From the NCBI GenBank assembly GCA_028280285.1, contig JANQMA010000044.1, forward strand, positions 1,521-65,520: a DNA stretch of 64,000 bases, given 5' to 3'. Positions 26,808 through 35,651 of this stretch are shown here, piece after piece. A program made the position numbers and the translations under genes. This DNA is from Candidatus Omnitrophota bacterium. GTDB lineage: Bacteria > Omnitrophota > Gorgyraeia > Zapsychrales > Zapsychraceae. The notes below the pieces were generated by a model that was not told the origin of the DNA, searched no databases, and saw only the letters and a program-made list of their open reading frames with translations. Within the stretch, counting starts at the first letter, position 1, and every line of letters starts with the position of its first letter.

Positions 26808-27470
26808 ATGATCAAACTTTACGGAATACCGGTTTCAAATAATGTCAACAAAGTAAGATATTGTCTTAACTATTTGGGGCTTGAATATGAATTTACTCCG
26901 ACTAATCCTATAGAAGGAGAGAATCACGCAGAAGACTACCTTGCTATTTGTCCGACGGCAAAAATTCCAGCCATGAGTGATGATGGATTTAATTTATTTG
27001 AAAGTCATGCGATCAATCGTTATTTGGCAACACGTGAAAATTCATCTATTTATCCGGCAGATGTGAAACAGCGTGCCGAAGTCGATGCATGGTCCGATTA
27101 TGTTAATATTCATGTGGCCGGTGCAGTCTCGCGCGTTGTCTTTAATCGTCTTTTGGCGCCTATTGTCGGGGCAGAAGTAGATGAAAAATCCATTGAGGCC
27201 GGACTCAGCTTCCTCGATAAACAGCTGCCTGTTCTTGATAAACAACTGTCGGCTAATATATATTTAGCCGGGAAAGAACTTACCTTAGCGGATATTGCTT
27301 TACTCGCTACATTAGATCCTTGCGAGGGGGCAGGGATTGATTTATCCCCCTATCAGAATATCATTAAGTGGCGGGAAGGACTCAAGGTACAGGCTTTTTA
27401 TCAAAAGTGTTATAAGGATTTCACCATTTTTGTTCAAGAAGCCATGCAGCAAATGATGGCGAGTAAGTAG
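26808..27470 (+). CDS. Glutathione S-transferase family protein
   Basis: SNNVNKV, P..KIP..DDGF.LFES.AI.RYLA, YLAG..LTLADI. Confidence 0.93.
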   Translation: MIKLYGIPVSNNVNKVRYCLNYLGLEYEFTPTNPIEGENHAEDYLAICPTAKIPAMSDDGFNLFESHAINRYLATRENSSIYPADVKQRAEVDAWSDYVNIHVAGAVSRVVFNRLLAPIVGAEVDEKSIEAGLSFLDKQLPVLDKQLSANIYLAGKELTLADIALLATLDPCEGAGIDLSPYQNIIKWREGLKVQAFYQKCYKDFTIFVQEAMQQMMASK

Positions 27471-27536
27471 AATTAAGGGGACACAATACTTAATTGATTA
27501 GAAGTTATTTAATTAAGTATTGTGTCCCCTTAATTC
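27470..27536. repeat. 26-bp perfect inverted repeat with a 15-nt spacer
   Basis: gaattaaggggacacaatacttaatt / aattaagtattgtgtccccttaattc. Confidence 0.8.
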
Positions 27537-27557
27537 CATTTGTTATACTTTCTTATC

Positions 27558-28232
27558 ATGAAGACTTTTGTGATAGGTGACATTCATGGCGCACATAAGG
27601 CGCTTATACAATGCCTTAAAAAAGCAAAATTTAATTATAAGAAGGACCGTTTGATTGTCCTTGGGGATGTGTGTGACCGTCATCGGGAAGTTGGCGAGTG
27701 TATCGATGAGCTTTTGCAAATCGATAATTGTGACTATATCATCGGTAATCATGATTTATGGACGCTTGATTGGGTACAAAAAGGTGTGAAGGATGAATTA
27801 TGGCTCAAGCAAGGCGGAATGGACACGATCGCTTCTTATGAAAAACGCGAAATGCCTCAAGCGCATATTGATTTTCTGAGTGGAGGCTGCGCCTGGATTG
27901 TCTTTGATAATAAACTGTTTGTGCATGGGGGGTTTAATCATGAAATCCCGATCGAAAAGCAGGATTTTGATATTTTGGCCTGGGACCGGGACCTGATCCG
28001 CAATGCGGTTGAGATGAATTTACAGGATAAGAAGTATAAGTTTGGCGGATACGAAGAGGTGTATATCGGACACACGCCGACTGATCATTTTGGTTCGGAT
28101 AAACCGCTTCATTTCTGTAACGTCTGGGATATGGATACCGGGGCCGGTCATGGTGGGAAATTAACGATTATGAATGTTGCCACAAAAAAGTTCTGGCAAT
28201 CTGATCCTACATCCGTATTGTACGATCATTAA
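27558..28232 (+). CDS. Calcineurin-like metallophosphoesterase (PPP/ApaH-like Ser/Thr phosphatase)
   Basis: GDIHG, LGDVCDR, GNHD, FVHGG, GHTPT, MDTGAG. Confidence 0.92.
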   Translation: MKTFVIGDIHGAHKALIQCLKKAKFNYKKDRLIVLGDVCDRHREVGECIDELLQIDNCDYIIGNHDLWTLDWVQKGVKDELWLKQGGMDTIASYEKREMPQAHIDFLSGGCAWIVFDNKLFVHGGFNHEIPIEKQDFDILAWDRDLIRNAVEMNLQDKKYKFGGYEEVYIGHTPTDHFGSDKPLHFCNVWDMDTGAGHGGKLTIMNVATKKFWQSDPTSVLYDH

Positions 28233-28237
28233 GCTGA

Positions 28238-28266
28238 TTGACAGAGTAAATAACATGTGTTATCCT
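28238..28266 (+). promoter_or_regulatory. Sigma70-type promoter
   Basis: TTGACA-N17-TATCCT with an extended -10 TG. Confidence 0.7.
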
Positions 28267-28275
28267 TTTAGCACG

Positions 28276-28368
28276 ATGAATAATTTAACGATTAAAACAA
28301 TGCATTCAATCTGTCTTGCGCTTTTTCCTGTCTGGAGAAAGCTGCCGACGAGGAGGTGTGCGTTTTAG
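28276..28368 (+). CDS. Putative 30-aa leader peptide (attenuator)
   Basis: MNNLTIKTMHSICLALFPVWRKLPTRRCAF*, starting 9 nt after the -10 box and ending before a terminator. Confidence 0.5.
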   Translation: MNNLTIKTMHSICLALFPVWRKLPTRRCAF

Positions 28369-28402
28369 ATCGTTAATTGTGTAATATAAATTAGAGATTT
28401 TT

Positions 28403-28444
28403 AAAAACCGCCAACTCCAGCAATGTGAGTTGGCGGTTTTTTTT
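28403..28444 (+). terminator. Rho-independent terminator upstream of the EamA gene
   Basis: aaaaaccgccaactc-cagcaatgt-gagttggcggtttttttt. Confidence 0.85.
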
Positions 28445-28454
28445 GTTTATACAT

Positions 28455-28548
28455 GGTTGAAGGGCTAGGGGGTAAAAGGGTTAAAGGGATTGAGTTTCCT
28501 TTAACCCTCTAACCCTCTAACCCTTTGCCCCTTTATCCCTAATCCCTT
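28455..28548. repeat. Octamer tandem/inverted element (AGGGTTAR / YTAACCCT)
   Basis: agggctag ggggtaaa agggttaa aggg ... ttaaccct ctaaccct ctaaccct ttgcccct ttatccct. Confidence 0.75.
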
Positions 28549-28562
28549 ATTAAAGGATAAAA

Positions 28563-29417
28563 ATGATTCATTTCAAACTAACAATCATGGCGCTTTTATG
28601 GGCGGGAGGCTTTGTCGCCGGCAAGATTATTGTCGATTACGCAGGCCCTTTTACGGTGGCATTTTTCCGTTTTTTTATCGCCACAGGAATTCTGGTTGTG
28701 ATCTTAATGCGCGATAAGCCGGTTTGCACCAAGATCAACCTTAAGTTATTTACTATGGTTGCTGCGGCCGCGTTTACGGGAGAGGTGCTTTATAACTATT
28801 TATTTTTCTCAGGTATCAAATTAACTGATGCCGGGCAGAGCTCCGTTATATTAAGCATTACGCCTATTGCGATGATGATAGCCTCCTATGTTTTATTTGG
28901 GGAAAAACTGAAATTAGCCGGTCTATTGGGAGTTGCCATTTCCATTATTGGGGCATGGGTTGTTATTTCCCAAGGCAATTTAGGATCGGTATTATCGCAA
29001 ATCGGTCTTGGGGAAATATATATCCTTTTGTGTGTTATATGTGTCATTGCATTTGCGTTTTTATCTAAAGAGGTATTGAATCATTTAAGTCCGTTGGTCA
29101 CGCTTGTGTACCTTTCGGCGCTGGGCACTATGTTTCTCATGGGGCCGGCTTTTTTTGAAATGCAGCAAACACCAGTGGAGGTTTCAACACAATTTGTCGT
29201 TAGTTTGTTGTATATGGCCATCGGGCCATCAGTGTTTGCTGTCATGTATTATTACGAAGGCATTGCTCAGATTGGTCCGTCGAAAGCAAGCCAATATATG
29301 AATCTTGTCCCGGTTTTTTCGGTACTATTGGCTTTTCTAATACTTGGCGAAGAACTTTCCGCCTCACTGATTCTGGGAGGTGGGATGGTGACAACTGGAT
29401 TGTACCTTGCAAAATAA
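28563..29417 (+). CDS. EamA / DMT superfamily transporter
   Basis: About 10 TM in two EamA repeats; LWAG.FVAGK, FFRF, IGPSKAS.YMNLVPVF. Confidence 0.93.
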   Translation: MIHFKLTIMALLWAGGFVAGKIIVDYAGPFTVAFFRFFIATGILVVILMRDKPVCTKINLKLFTMVAAAAFTGEVLYNYLFFSGIKLTDAGQSSVILSITPIAMMIASYVLFGEKLKLAGLLGVAISIIGAWVVISQGNLGSVLSQIGLGEIYILLCVICVIAFAFLSKEVLNHLSPLVTLVYLSALGTMFLMGPAFFEMQQTPVEVSTQFVVSLLYMAIGPSVFAVMYYYEGIAQIGPSKASQYMNLVPVFSVLLAFLILGEELSASLILGGGMVTTGLYLAK

Positions 29418-29480
29418 GTGATCCGTGATCAGTGGTCTGTGATCTGAATAATATCTTTCAGACCACAGGCCACAGATCAC
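29418..29480. repeat. Heptamer tandem/inverted element (GTGATCN)
   Basis: gtgatcc gtgatca gtggtct gtgatct gaa..ttc agaccac aggccac agatcac. Confidence 0.75.
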
Positions 29481-29501
29481 AGGAGAAAGGAGGTGATAAA
29501 G

Positions 29502-29732
29502 ATGCAGGAAAGATTAGTCTTCGAAGAAGATGAATACCAGTCAATCAAGGCTGATGAAACACTCAAAGCAACAGCTTTGATTTATCTTCAAGATGCTATA
29601 GCTAATGAGCGTTATGAAGAGGCGGCTGAATTGCTTCAGCCGGCTAAACGGTTTGGGGCTTCCAAAGAAGAAATAGCAGCAGTTATTGCTAATACAATTG
29701 TGAAGCGACAAAACAGAATTGCCCGCTTTTAA
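29502..29732 (+). CDS. Small helical hypothetical protein (UVR-like ERYEEAA segment)
   Basis: Strong SD AAAGGAGGTG before the ATG at 29502; AIANERYEEAAEL. Confidence 0.7.
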   Translation: MQERLVFEEDEYQSIKADETLKATALIYLQDAIANERYEEAAELLQPAKRFGASKEEIAAVIANTIVKRQNRIARF

Positions 29733-29786
29733 GGCATATCAATTAACCTGGAATGGAGGAATACAATATGCCTTATTGTGGTAAAA

Positions 29787-29820
29787 TTGGGGACAGTTCC
29801 CCATGGGGAGCTGTCCTTAA
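29787..29820. repeat. REP-like hairpin
   Basis: ggacagttcccc-at-ggggagctgtcc. Confidence 0.55.
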
Positions 29821-29844
29821 ACTGTTAAAAGAAAGGATGAGCGC

Positions 29845-30207
29845 ATGCAACATATTAAAGAACCTACGATTGTTAAGGCCTGCGGTAACAAAGAAAAAAT
29901 TATCAAGGAGTATATCGGGCGAGTCAATACTAACATGGATAATATCAGTATTGCTTTTATGGACAGTCCTGGCGGCTGGGAAGAGCCTGGCCAAACACCG
30001 AAGTTTGACGAATACACATTAGTTTTAGAGGGTTCCTTGCGTGTCACGACCAAGAATCAAGAAATAGATGTAGGCGCCGGAGAAGCGGTGATCGCCGAGG
30101 CCGGTGAGTGGGTTAAATACAGTACGCCGAACACCTCAGGGGCTCAATATGTGGCTGTATGCCTTCCGGCTTTTGGGCCGGATATAGTCCACCGTGATGA
30201 ATCTTAA
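29845..30207 (+). CDS. Cupin (EutQ-like) protein
   Basis: SPGGWEEPGQTPKFDEYTLVLEG, AGEWVKYSTP, YVAVCLPAF.P..VHRD. Confidence 0.88.
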   Translation: MQHIKEPTIVKACGNKEKIIKEYIGRVNTNMDNISIAFMDSPGGWEEPGQTPKFDEYTLVLEGSLRVTTKNQEIDVGAGEAVIAEAGEWVKYSTPNTSGAQYVAVCLPAFGPDIVHRDES

Positions 30208-30326
30208 AAAGTAGCAATGTTTATTTTATTATTAGAGAAGCGGTGTTAATATCATATATAAAATATATTAACCAGTGAGGGCTGCTAATTTTATTTTGCT
30301 TGTGAACTTAAGAAAGTAGAGACGAA

Positions 30327-30701
30327 ATGGCCAAAAAAATACTCATAATTGATGATGAGAAAGACATCGCGGATATCACAGCTTTTAAATTTAAACAAAA
30401 AGGATTTGATGTCATCTTGGCGCATGGTGGTAAGGATGGTTTAAAGATGGCCCAGTCGGAGGGGCCGGACCTTATTCTTCTCGATGAAAAGATGCCTGAA
30501 ATGGATGGATTTCAGGTCTGCGCAGCTCTTAAGGCAGATGGTGAGCTTAAGGCCATTCCGGTCATTATGTTTACAGCGAGGACATCAGATGAAATTGATC
30601 AAGATTCATGTCAAGAAGCCGGGTTTGATGATGTTATAACCAAGCTTGCTGATTTTGAAGACCTATTGGCCAAAGTCAATACATTGCTGAACGAGACTTA
30701 G
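30327..30701 (+). CDS. Single-domain response regulator
   Basis: IIDDE, PDLILLDEKMPEMDG, IPVIMFTA. Confidence 0.92.
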   Translation: MAKKILIIDDEKDIADITAFKFKQKGFDVILAHGGKDGLKMAQSEGPDLILLDEKMPEMDGFQVCAALKADGELKAIPVIMFTARTSDEIDQDSCQEAGFDDVITKLADFEDLLAKVNTLLNET

Positions 30702-30718
30702 GTTGCTGTGCTTCCTCT

Positions 30719-31429
30719 ATGTTAAGTATAATTATTCCCACCCTTAATGAAGCAAAGTATTTAAAAAAAACTCTACGTGCTTTACAGAAGAACGCAACGC
30801 ATGAATGCGTTAAGGAAATTATTGTCGTTGATGGAGGTTCTTCCGATAAAACCGGCATTATTGCCATGGAAGGCGGAGCCCGTATTATTTATGAAACCGC
30901 AGCGCCCAAGGGCAGAGCCTTTCTCTTAAATAGAGGAGCCGAATTTGCGAGCGGCACAGCTATCCTTTTTTTGGATGCAGATTCGATCGTACCGAAGGGA
31001 TACGATGAGGATATTTTACATTGCCTTGCGTCCGACGGTAATGTTGGCGGTGCATTTGAGTTCACTTTGGTTGGTAAACAATTCGGCTTAAGAGTTGTGG
31101 AGGCGGTTAACCGTCTGCGTTACCGGTTATTTCCCTGGTATTATGGTGACCAGGGGCTTTTTGTTATTAAGGAAGTCTTTGATCAGGCTGGCGGTTTTCC
31201 CCAAGTTAAAATAATGGAGTCGTCTGATTTATCGCGCAGATTATGGAAGTACGGCAGGCTTTGTTTAATTAAAAAACCAATGTTAACATCGGCCAGGCGT
31301 TTTTTGAAATACGGGATTTATCGTGTTCTTGGGCAAGACTTTGAACTATGGCTTTTAAATATTTTAGGACGGGATGTCGAGCAGTATGCTGATGAATATT
31401 GGCGGTTTAATAAGAATAAAAAGCGATAG
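30719..31429 (+). CDS. GT2 glycosyltransferase (TIGR04283-like)
   Basis: SIIIPTLNEA, VVDGGSSD, LFLDADS, YGDQGLF, TSARRF. Confidence 0.88.
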   Translation: MLSIIIPTLNEAKYLKKTLRALQKNATHECVKEIIVVDGGSSDKTGIIAMEGGARIIYETAAPKGRAFLLNRGAEFASGTAILFLDADSIVPKGYDEDILHCLASDGNVGGAFEFTLVGKQFGLRVVEAVNRLRYRLFPWYYGDQGLFVIKEVFDQAGGFPQVKIMESSDLSRRLWKYGRLCLIKKPMLTSARRFLKYGIYRVLGQDFELWLLNILGRDVEQYADEYWRFNKNKKR

Positions 31430-31470
31430 ACGTTAATTTTTGATGTTTTATTCCCTATTTAATTATTTGT

Positions 31471-31499
31471 TTGACAAAGGGATAAAAATCATTCATACT
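31471..31499 (+). promoter_or_regulatory. Sigma70-type promoter of the cold-shock gene, followed by a ~145-nt structured 5' UTR
   Basis: TTGACA-N17-CATACT. Confidence 0.7.
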
Positions 31500-31652
31500 C
31501 TCCTTGAATAAAGGGAGAGCTAAGGCCTCACGGCCGATGTTCTCTTTGAGTGAAGAAGGAAAGGTAAGACTAGTGCCGCAGGGTAAGAGGGTTATTTACC
31601 TGCGGTTTTTTATTTTTCCTTATGTTTGTAAAGCTTCAAAAGGAGACCAATA

Positions 31653-31853
31653 ATGGCAAAAGGTACAGTAAAATGGTTCAGTAATGAAAAAGGCTATGGC
31701 TTTATCACACCAGAATCTGGAGCGGATGTATTTGTACACCATTCAGAAATTCAAGGTGAAGGCTACAAAACTCTTGAAGAGGGTCAGGCTGTTGAGTTTG
31801 AAATTGCTGACGGAGAAAAGGGTCCACAGGCTAAGGACGTTGTAAAAGTATAA
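31653..31853 (+). CDS. Cold-shock protein (CspA family)
   Basis: GTVKWF, KGYGFI (RNP1), DVFVH (RNP2), GPQA..V. Confidence 0.97.
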   Translation: MAKGTVKWFSNEKGYGFITPESGADVFVHHSEIQGEGYKTLEEGQAVEFEIADGEKGPQAKDVVKV

Positions 31854-31860
31854 GCCTATA

Positions 31861-31908
31861 TAAATAAAAGGGTTATGTTCGAATGAAAGAATATAACCTT
31901 TTTATTTA
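31861..31908 (+). terminator. Hairpin/terminator after the csp gene
   Basis: taaataaaagggttatgttc ... gaatataacctttttattta. Confidence 0.6.
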
Positions 31909-31918
31909 CACAAAATAC

Positions 31919-31948
31919 TTGACATATCAAATATTGATATGTTAAACT
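31919..31948 (+). promoter_or_regulatory. Promoter overlapped by a palindromic operator (probable MarR site)
   Basis: TTGACATATCAA-ata-TTGATATGTTAA; TTGACA-N18-TAAACT. Confidence 0.65.
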
Positions 31949-31990
31949 TATGGTGGATGAAAAAAGGTCTGCCAAAAAGGAGAGACAACC

Positions 31991-32488
31991 ATGATTGCCC
32001 CAACAAACTTTTACTTGAATGCCGTTAAAGGAAGGCCAAGTGCCGAGGTCTTTAACGCCATGCTTCATATTTATTCGCTCCTCCAAATGGAGATGGATAA
32101 ATACTTTGGTCCGTATGATCTGACACCGGTTAAATTCAACACACTCCTTCTCATTAAATATCTAGGGGGAAAAGAGGGTTTGAGTCAGAACGAGATTTCG
32201 CATCATATGATTGTGACACCGTCAAACATCACACGTTTGATTGATCGTCTGATTGCCGATGGCTATGCTGAACGCACTGTATCTATACATGACAGAAGAG
32301 TCAAGATGATTAAGATTACAAAGCCTGGATCACAAATTGTGGATAAAGTATTGCGTGGCTATGGGGATATGATCCAGCAGTCTGTTTATTTATTGGAACG
32401 CTCTGAGGTGGAGCAATTATCAGCGCTTCTGCTGAAATGGTTTCACCGCTTGGATGCGCAAAAAAGGGGAATGAAAAGTGGAGTCTAA
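31991..32488 (+). CDS. MarR-family regulator
   Basis: LTPVKFN.L, LSQNEI, SNITRLIDRL..DGY, DRRVK.IKIT..G. Confidence 0.92.
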   Translation: MIAPTNFYLNAVKGRPSAEVFNAMLHIYSLLQMEMDKYFGPYDLTPVKFNTLLLIKYLGGKEGLSQNEISHHMIVTPSNITRLIDRLIADGYAERTVSIHDRRVKMIKITKPGSQIVDKVLRGYGDMIQQSVYLLERSEVEQLSALLLKWFHRLDAQKRGMKSGV

Positions 32489-33269
32489 TATTATTGCGAT
32501 GGTTTTAATAAGTGCAGCGACCGTCATTAGTCTTTTTTTCATTATCTGGATTATACATCTTGTTCTTAATAATGCCGGCGTGGTTGATGTTGGTTGGGGC
32601 CTTGGTTTTACACTCATTGCTCTGATTTATATTTTGCGCGGAGAAGGTTTTAATGCGCGCAACATGCTTATGTTTATCATGGTAGCCCTTTGGGGTACAC
32701 GTATCGTGTTTTTTCTGATTAAACGCATTGTCTTCGAAGGTTACGAGGACAAGCGCTATGCACACTTACGTAATAAATGGGGGAGTAACGCGGCGTTTAA
32801 ATTTTTATGGTTTTTTGAAGCGCAGGCACTTATGCAGATACTTATTTCTATTCCGATATTACTGATCAGTCTAAATCCTAATCCAGCCGTCACGTGGATT
32901 GAGATTTTAGGTTTTGTGATTTGGATGGGCGCTTTATATGGAGAGGCTTTGACCGACGAGCAATTACAAAAGTTTAAAATGAATCCGGCGAATAAAGGAA
33001 AGGTATGTGAAGCAGGTTTGTGGAAATATTCACGTCATCCGAATTATTTTTTCGAAGTCTTGTGCTGGTTCGGATTATTTGTTTTCGGTCTATCCAGTCC
33101 TTATGGATGGTTGGGGGTTATTGCACCGGGGATTATGCTTTATCTTGTGCTATTTGTCACGGGTATTCCTTTAACAGAAGAATTGTCGCTTAAACATCGC
33201 GGCAAAGATTATGAAGAGTATCAGAAAAAAACAAGTTCATTTATTCCATTACCAAGGAGAACGATATGA
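32478..33269 (+). CDS. DUF1295 (steroid 5-alpha-reductase-like) membrane protein
   Basis: NAGVVDVGW, EDKRY, GLWKYSRHPNYFFE, VTGIP, Y..YQ..TS.FIP. Confidence 0.92.
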   Translation: MESNIIAMVLISAATVISLFFIIWIIHLVLNNAGVVDVGWGLGFTLIALIYILRGEGFNARNMLMFIMVALWGTRIVFFLIKRIVFEGYEDKRYAHLRNKWGSNAAFKFLWFFEAQALMQILISIPILLISLNPNPAVTWIEILGFVIWMGALYGEALTDEQLQKFKMNPANKGKVCEAGLWKYSRHPNYFFEVLCWFGLFVFGLSSPYGWLGVIAPGIMLYLVLFVTGIPLTEELSLKHRGKDYEEYQKKTSSFIPLPRRTI

Positions 33270-34306
33270 AATCATTAGCCGCCACAACCCAACCTTTAAT
33301 AGAGAAGGGACTCATTCCCGATCCGCTTGTACGGTTCGGTATTAGAGGACTTCTTAAAGAGAAACTTAAAAAAGAACAACAGTGCCTGGAAGAATCGGGT
33401 AATCAGAGAATACAGCAAATGGTTGATTTTTTAAAGAAGAGTCCGATTGCTGTCAATACACAGGAAGCCAATGAGCAGCATTATGAGGTGCCTACGGAGT
33501 TTTTCCAACTTGTTATGGGTCAACACATGAAATACAGCTGTGGCTATTGGCATGACGGGGTCAAAGACTTTACCCAGTCTGAGCGTGACATGCTTGATAT
33601 CACCATTGAACGGGCCAGTCTTAAGGATGGGCAAGATGTCCTGGAGCTTGGGTGCGGTTGGGGCTCGCTTTCTCTGTATATGGCTGCGCGGTTTCCGGAC
33701 AGTCAGTTTACCGGCATATCCAATTCGCGTACACAAAAGGAGTTTATTGACGGTGAGGCGAAAAAGCGCGGTATTAAAAATCTTCAAATCCGCACCATGG
33801 ATATGAATGATTTTAAGATTGATCAGAAGTTTGATCGTGTTGTCTCGGTGGAGATGTTTGAGCATATGCGCAATTATCAAGAATTGTTTAAACGAATAAG
33901 CGGATGCCTTAAAGAGGGAGGGAAATTATTCGTGCATATTTTTAGTCATAAAAAGTATGCGTATACCTATGAACTCAATGAAGGGTTTGATTGGATGGCA
34001 AGGTACTTTTTTACCGGTGGTATTATGCCGTCGGATGATCTGCTGCTTCATTTTGCCGATCATTTTAATTTAGAAGAGCATTGGCAGGTCAACGGTAAGC
34101 ATTATGAAAAGACATCCAACGGCTGGCTTAAGAATATGGACGCTAATAAAGAAAGAATTATGACTATCTTTAAAGACACTTATGGTTTGGACTATAAAAA
34201 ATGGTGGAATTATTGGCGTATTTTCTTTATGGCCTGCGCTGAACTGTGGGGCTACAAAGACGGCACGGAATGGATTGTTTCACATTATCGGTTTGTTAAG
34301 AAATAG
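33266..34306 (+). CDS. SAM-dependent methyltransferase, CFA-synthase/coclaurine N-methyltransferase family
   Basis: ANEQHYEVP, MKYSC, LELGCGWGS, VSVEMFEHMRNY, WMARYFFTGGIMPS. Confidence 0.92.
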   Translation: MKSLAATTQPLIEKGLIPDPLVRFGIRGLLKEKLKKEQQCLEESGNQRIQQMVDFLKKSPIAVNTQEANEQHYEVPTEFFQLVMGQHMKYSCGYWHDGVKDFTQSERDMLDITIERASLKDGQDVLELGCGWGSLSLYMAARFPDSQFTGISNSRTQKEFIDGEAKKRGIKNLQIRTMDMNDFKIDQKFDRVVSVEMFEHMRNYQELFKRISGCLKEGGKLFVHIFSHKKYAYTYELNEGFDWMARYFFTGGIMPSDDLLLHFADHFNLEEHWQVNGKHYEKTSNGWLKNMDANKERIMTIFKDTYGLDYKKWWNYWRIFFMACAELWGYKDGTEWIVSHYRFVKK

Positions 34307-34312
34307 ATAAAA

Positions 34313-34373
34313 GGTTTTGGGTGTTAGGTGTTGGGTTTTAGATTCTAAAACCTTACACCTTAAACCTAACACC
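34313..34373. repeat. Heptamer tandem/inverted element (GGTKTTR), exact 4+4
   Basis: ggttttg ggtgtta ggtgttg ggtttta gattc taaaacc ttacacc ttaaacc taacacc. Confidence 0.85.
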
Positions 34374-34388
34374 CCAGGAATTAAAAAT

Positions 34389-35651
34389 ATGGACAGAATC
34401 GCCATAATAGGTACAGGTATTTCGGGCATGGCCGCCGGTTATTTTTTAAAAGATGATTATGACATTACATTCTTTGAGAAAAATGATTACGCCGGTGGGC
34501 ACACCAATACACTCATGGTTGATGAGGACGGCCAGAAGATTCCGATCGATTCTGCCTTTATGGTGTATAACGAAGTGACTTATCCAAAGCTCACGCGGTT
34601 GTTCAGAGAGTTGATGGTTGATACGCGTGACACAGATATGTCATTTAGTGTTCAGCATATGCCGAGTGGACTTGAATACTGTGGCACAGGGTTCAATGGG
34701 TTGTTTGCCCAGCGTCGCAATATTCTAAATCCCCTCCATTATAAAATGCTTTTGGATATCAATCGTTTCAATAAAGAAAGCCTCGAAGTGCTTGAGGAGG
34801 GACGGTTTTGTTATTATTCACTCGGTCAGTATGCGAAAGAAAAAAAATATGGCGAAGATATGCTGTATAAATATTTGATTCCGATGAGCTCGGCTGTCTG
34901 GTCGACACGGCCTGAAGGGATGCTTGATTTTCCCATAGTCACTTTGGTGCGCTTTTTTAAAAATCATGGCTTTTTAGGAATGAATACGCAGCATCAATGG
35001 CGCACGGTTGTCGGTGGCAGCCAAAGCTATCGCGATAAAATTCTCGGCCATTTTGGCAATAAAGTTTATCTGAACACGAATATTGTTGCAGCTAGAAGAG
35101 AAAAAGAAGGGGTTAAACTAAAGGATGCTAAAGATAGTATTTATGATTTTGATAAAGTAATTTTAGCCTCTCATGCTGACCAGACGCTTAAAATATTAGT
35201 TGACGCTCGAGAAGAAGAGCGGGAAGTGTTGTCCTTGTTTCCCTATGGGGCTAACAGGGCAACACTTCACACGGATGATTCGGTTATGCCCAAATGCAAA
35301 CGGGCCTGGTCATCGTGGAATTACCGGATGATTGAAAAAGATAATCAGGTGAAAACCTCAACCATTTACTATATGAATAAATTACAAAAGGTTTCTGAAA
35401 GACAAGACTACTTTATTTCGATTAATGAGTTGGGCGAAATCGATCCCGCTAAAATTATTTGGGAAAAAACCTATTATCATCCACTTTACACCATGGATTC
35501 ACTCGATGGACAAAAGCGCTTGGAAGCGCTTAATGATAACGGACAGGTATATTTTGCCGGGGCGTATTTTAAATACGGCTTTCACGAAGATGGTTTAGCC
35601 TCCGGCATTAATGTGGCATCAAAAATTTTAGGTCGGGAGATATGGCGATGA
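34389..35651 (+). CDS. FAD-dependent oxidoreductase (amine-oxidase family; UfaD/Rv0449c-like)
   Basis: IAIIGTGISG, GGHTNT, DMSFSV, FFKNHG, AWSSWNY, GFHEDG. Confidence 0.9.
   Translation: MDRIAIIGTGISGMAAGYFLKDDYDITFFEKNDYAGGHTNTLMVDEDGQKIPIDSAFMVYNEVTYPKLTRLFRELMVDTRDTDMSFSVQHMPSGLEYCGTGFNGLFAQRRNILNPLHYKMLLDINRFNKESLEVLEEGRFCYYSLGQYAKEKKYGEDMLYKYLIPMSSAVWSTRPEGMLDFPIVTLVRFFKNHGFLGMNTQHQWRTVVGGSQSYRDKILGHFGNKVYLNTNIVAARREKEGVKLKDAKDSIYDFDKVILASHADQTLKILVDAREEEREVLSLFPYGANRATLHTDDSVMPKCKRAWSSWNYRMIEKDNQVKTSTIYYMNKLQKVSERQDYFISINELGEIDPAKIIWEKTYYHPLYTMDSLDGQKRLEALNDNGQVYFAGAYFKYGFHEDGLASGINVASKILGREIWR

Noticed and set aside
28455-28548. True telomeric repeat or eukaryotic contamination
   Set aside because: Degenerate, period 8, internal, and built like the other intergenic fold-back elements.
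30719-31429. Arsenosugar or selenosugar biosynthesis cluster around the TIGR04283-like glycosyltransferase
   Set aside because: The partner genes (TIGR04282-like protein, ArsS-type radical SAM, ArsM) are not adjacent.
34317-34388. N-terminal extension MGVRCWVLDSKTLHLKPNTP of the FAD oxidoreductase
   Set aside because: It is a translation of the heptamer element; the Rossmann motif starts right after ATG 34389.
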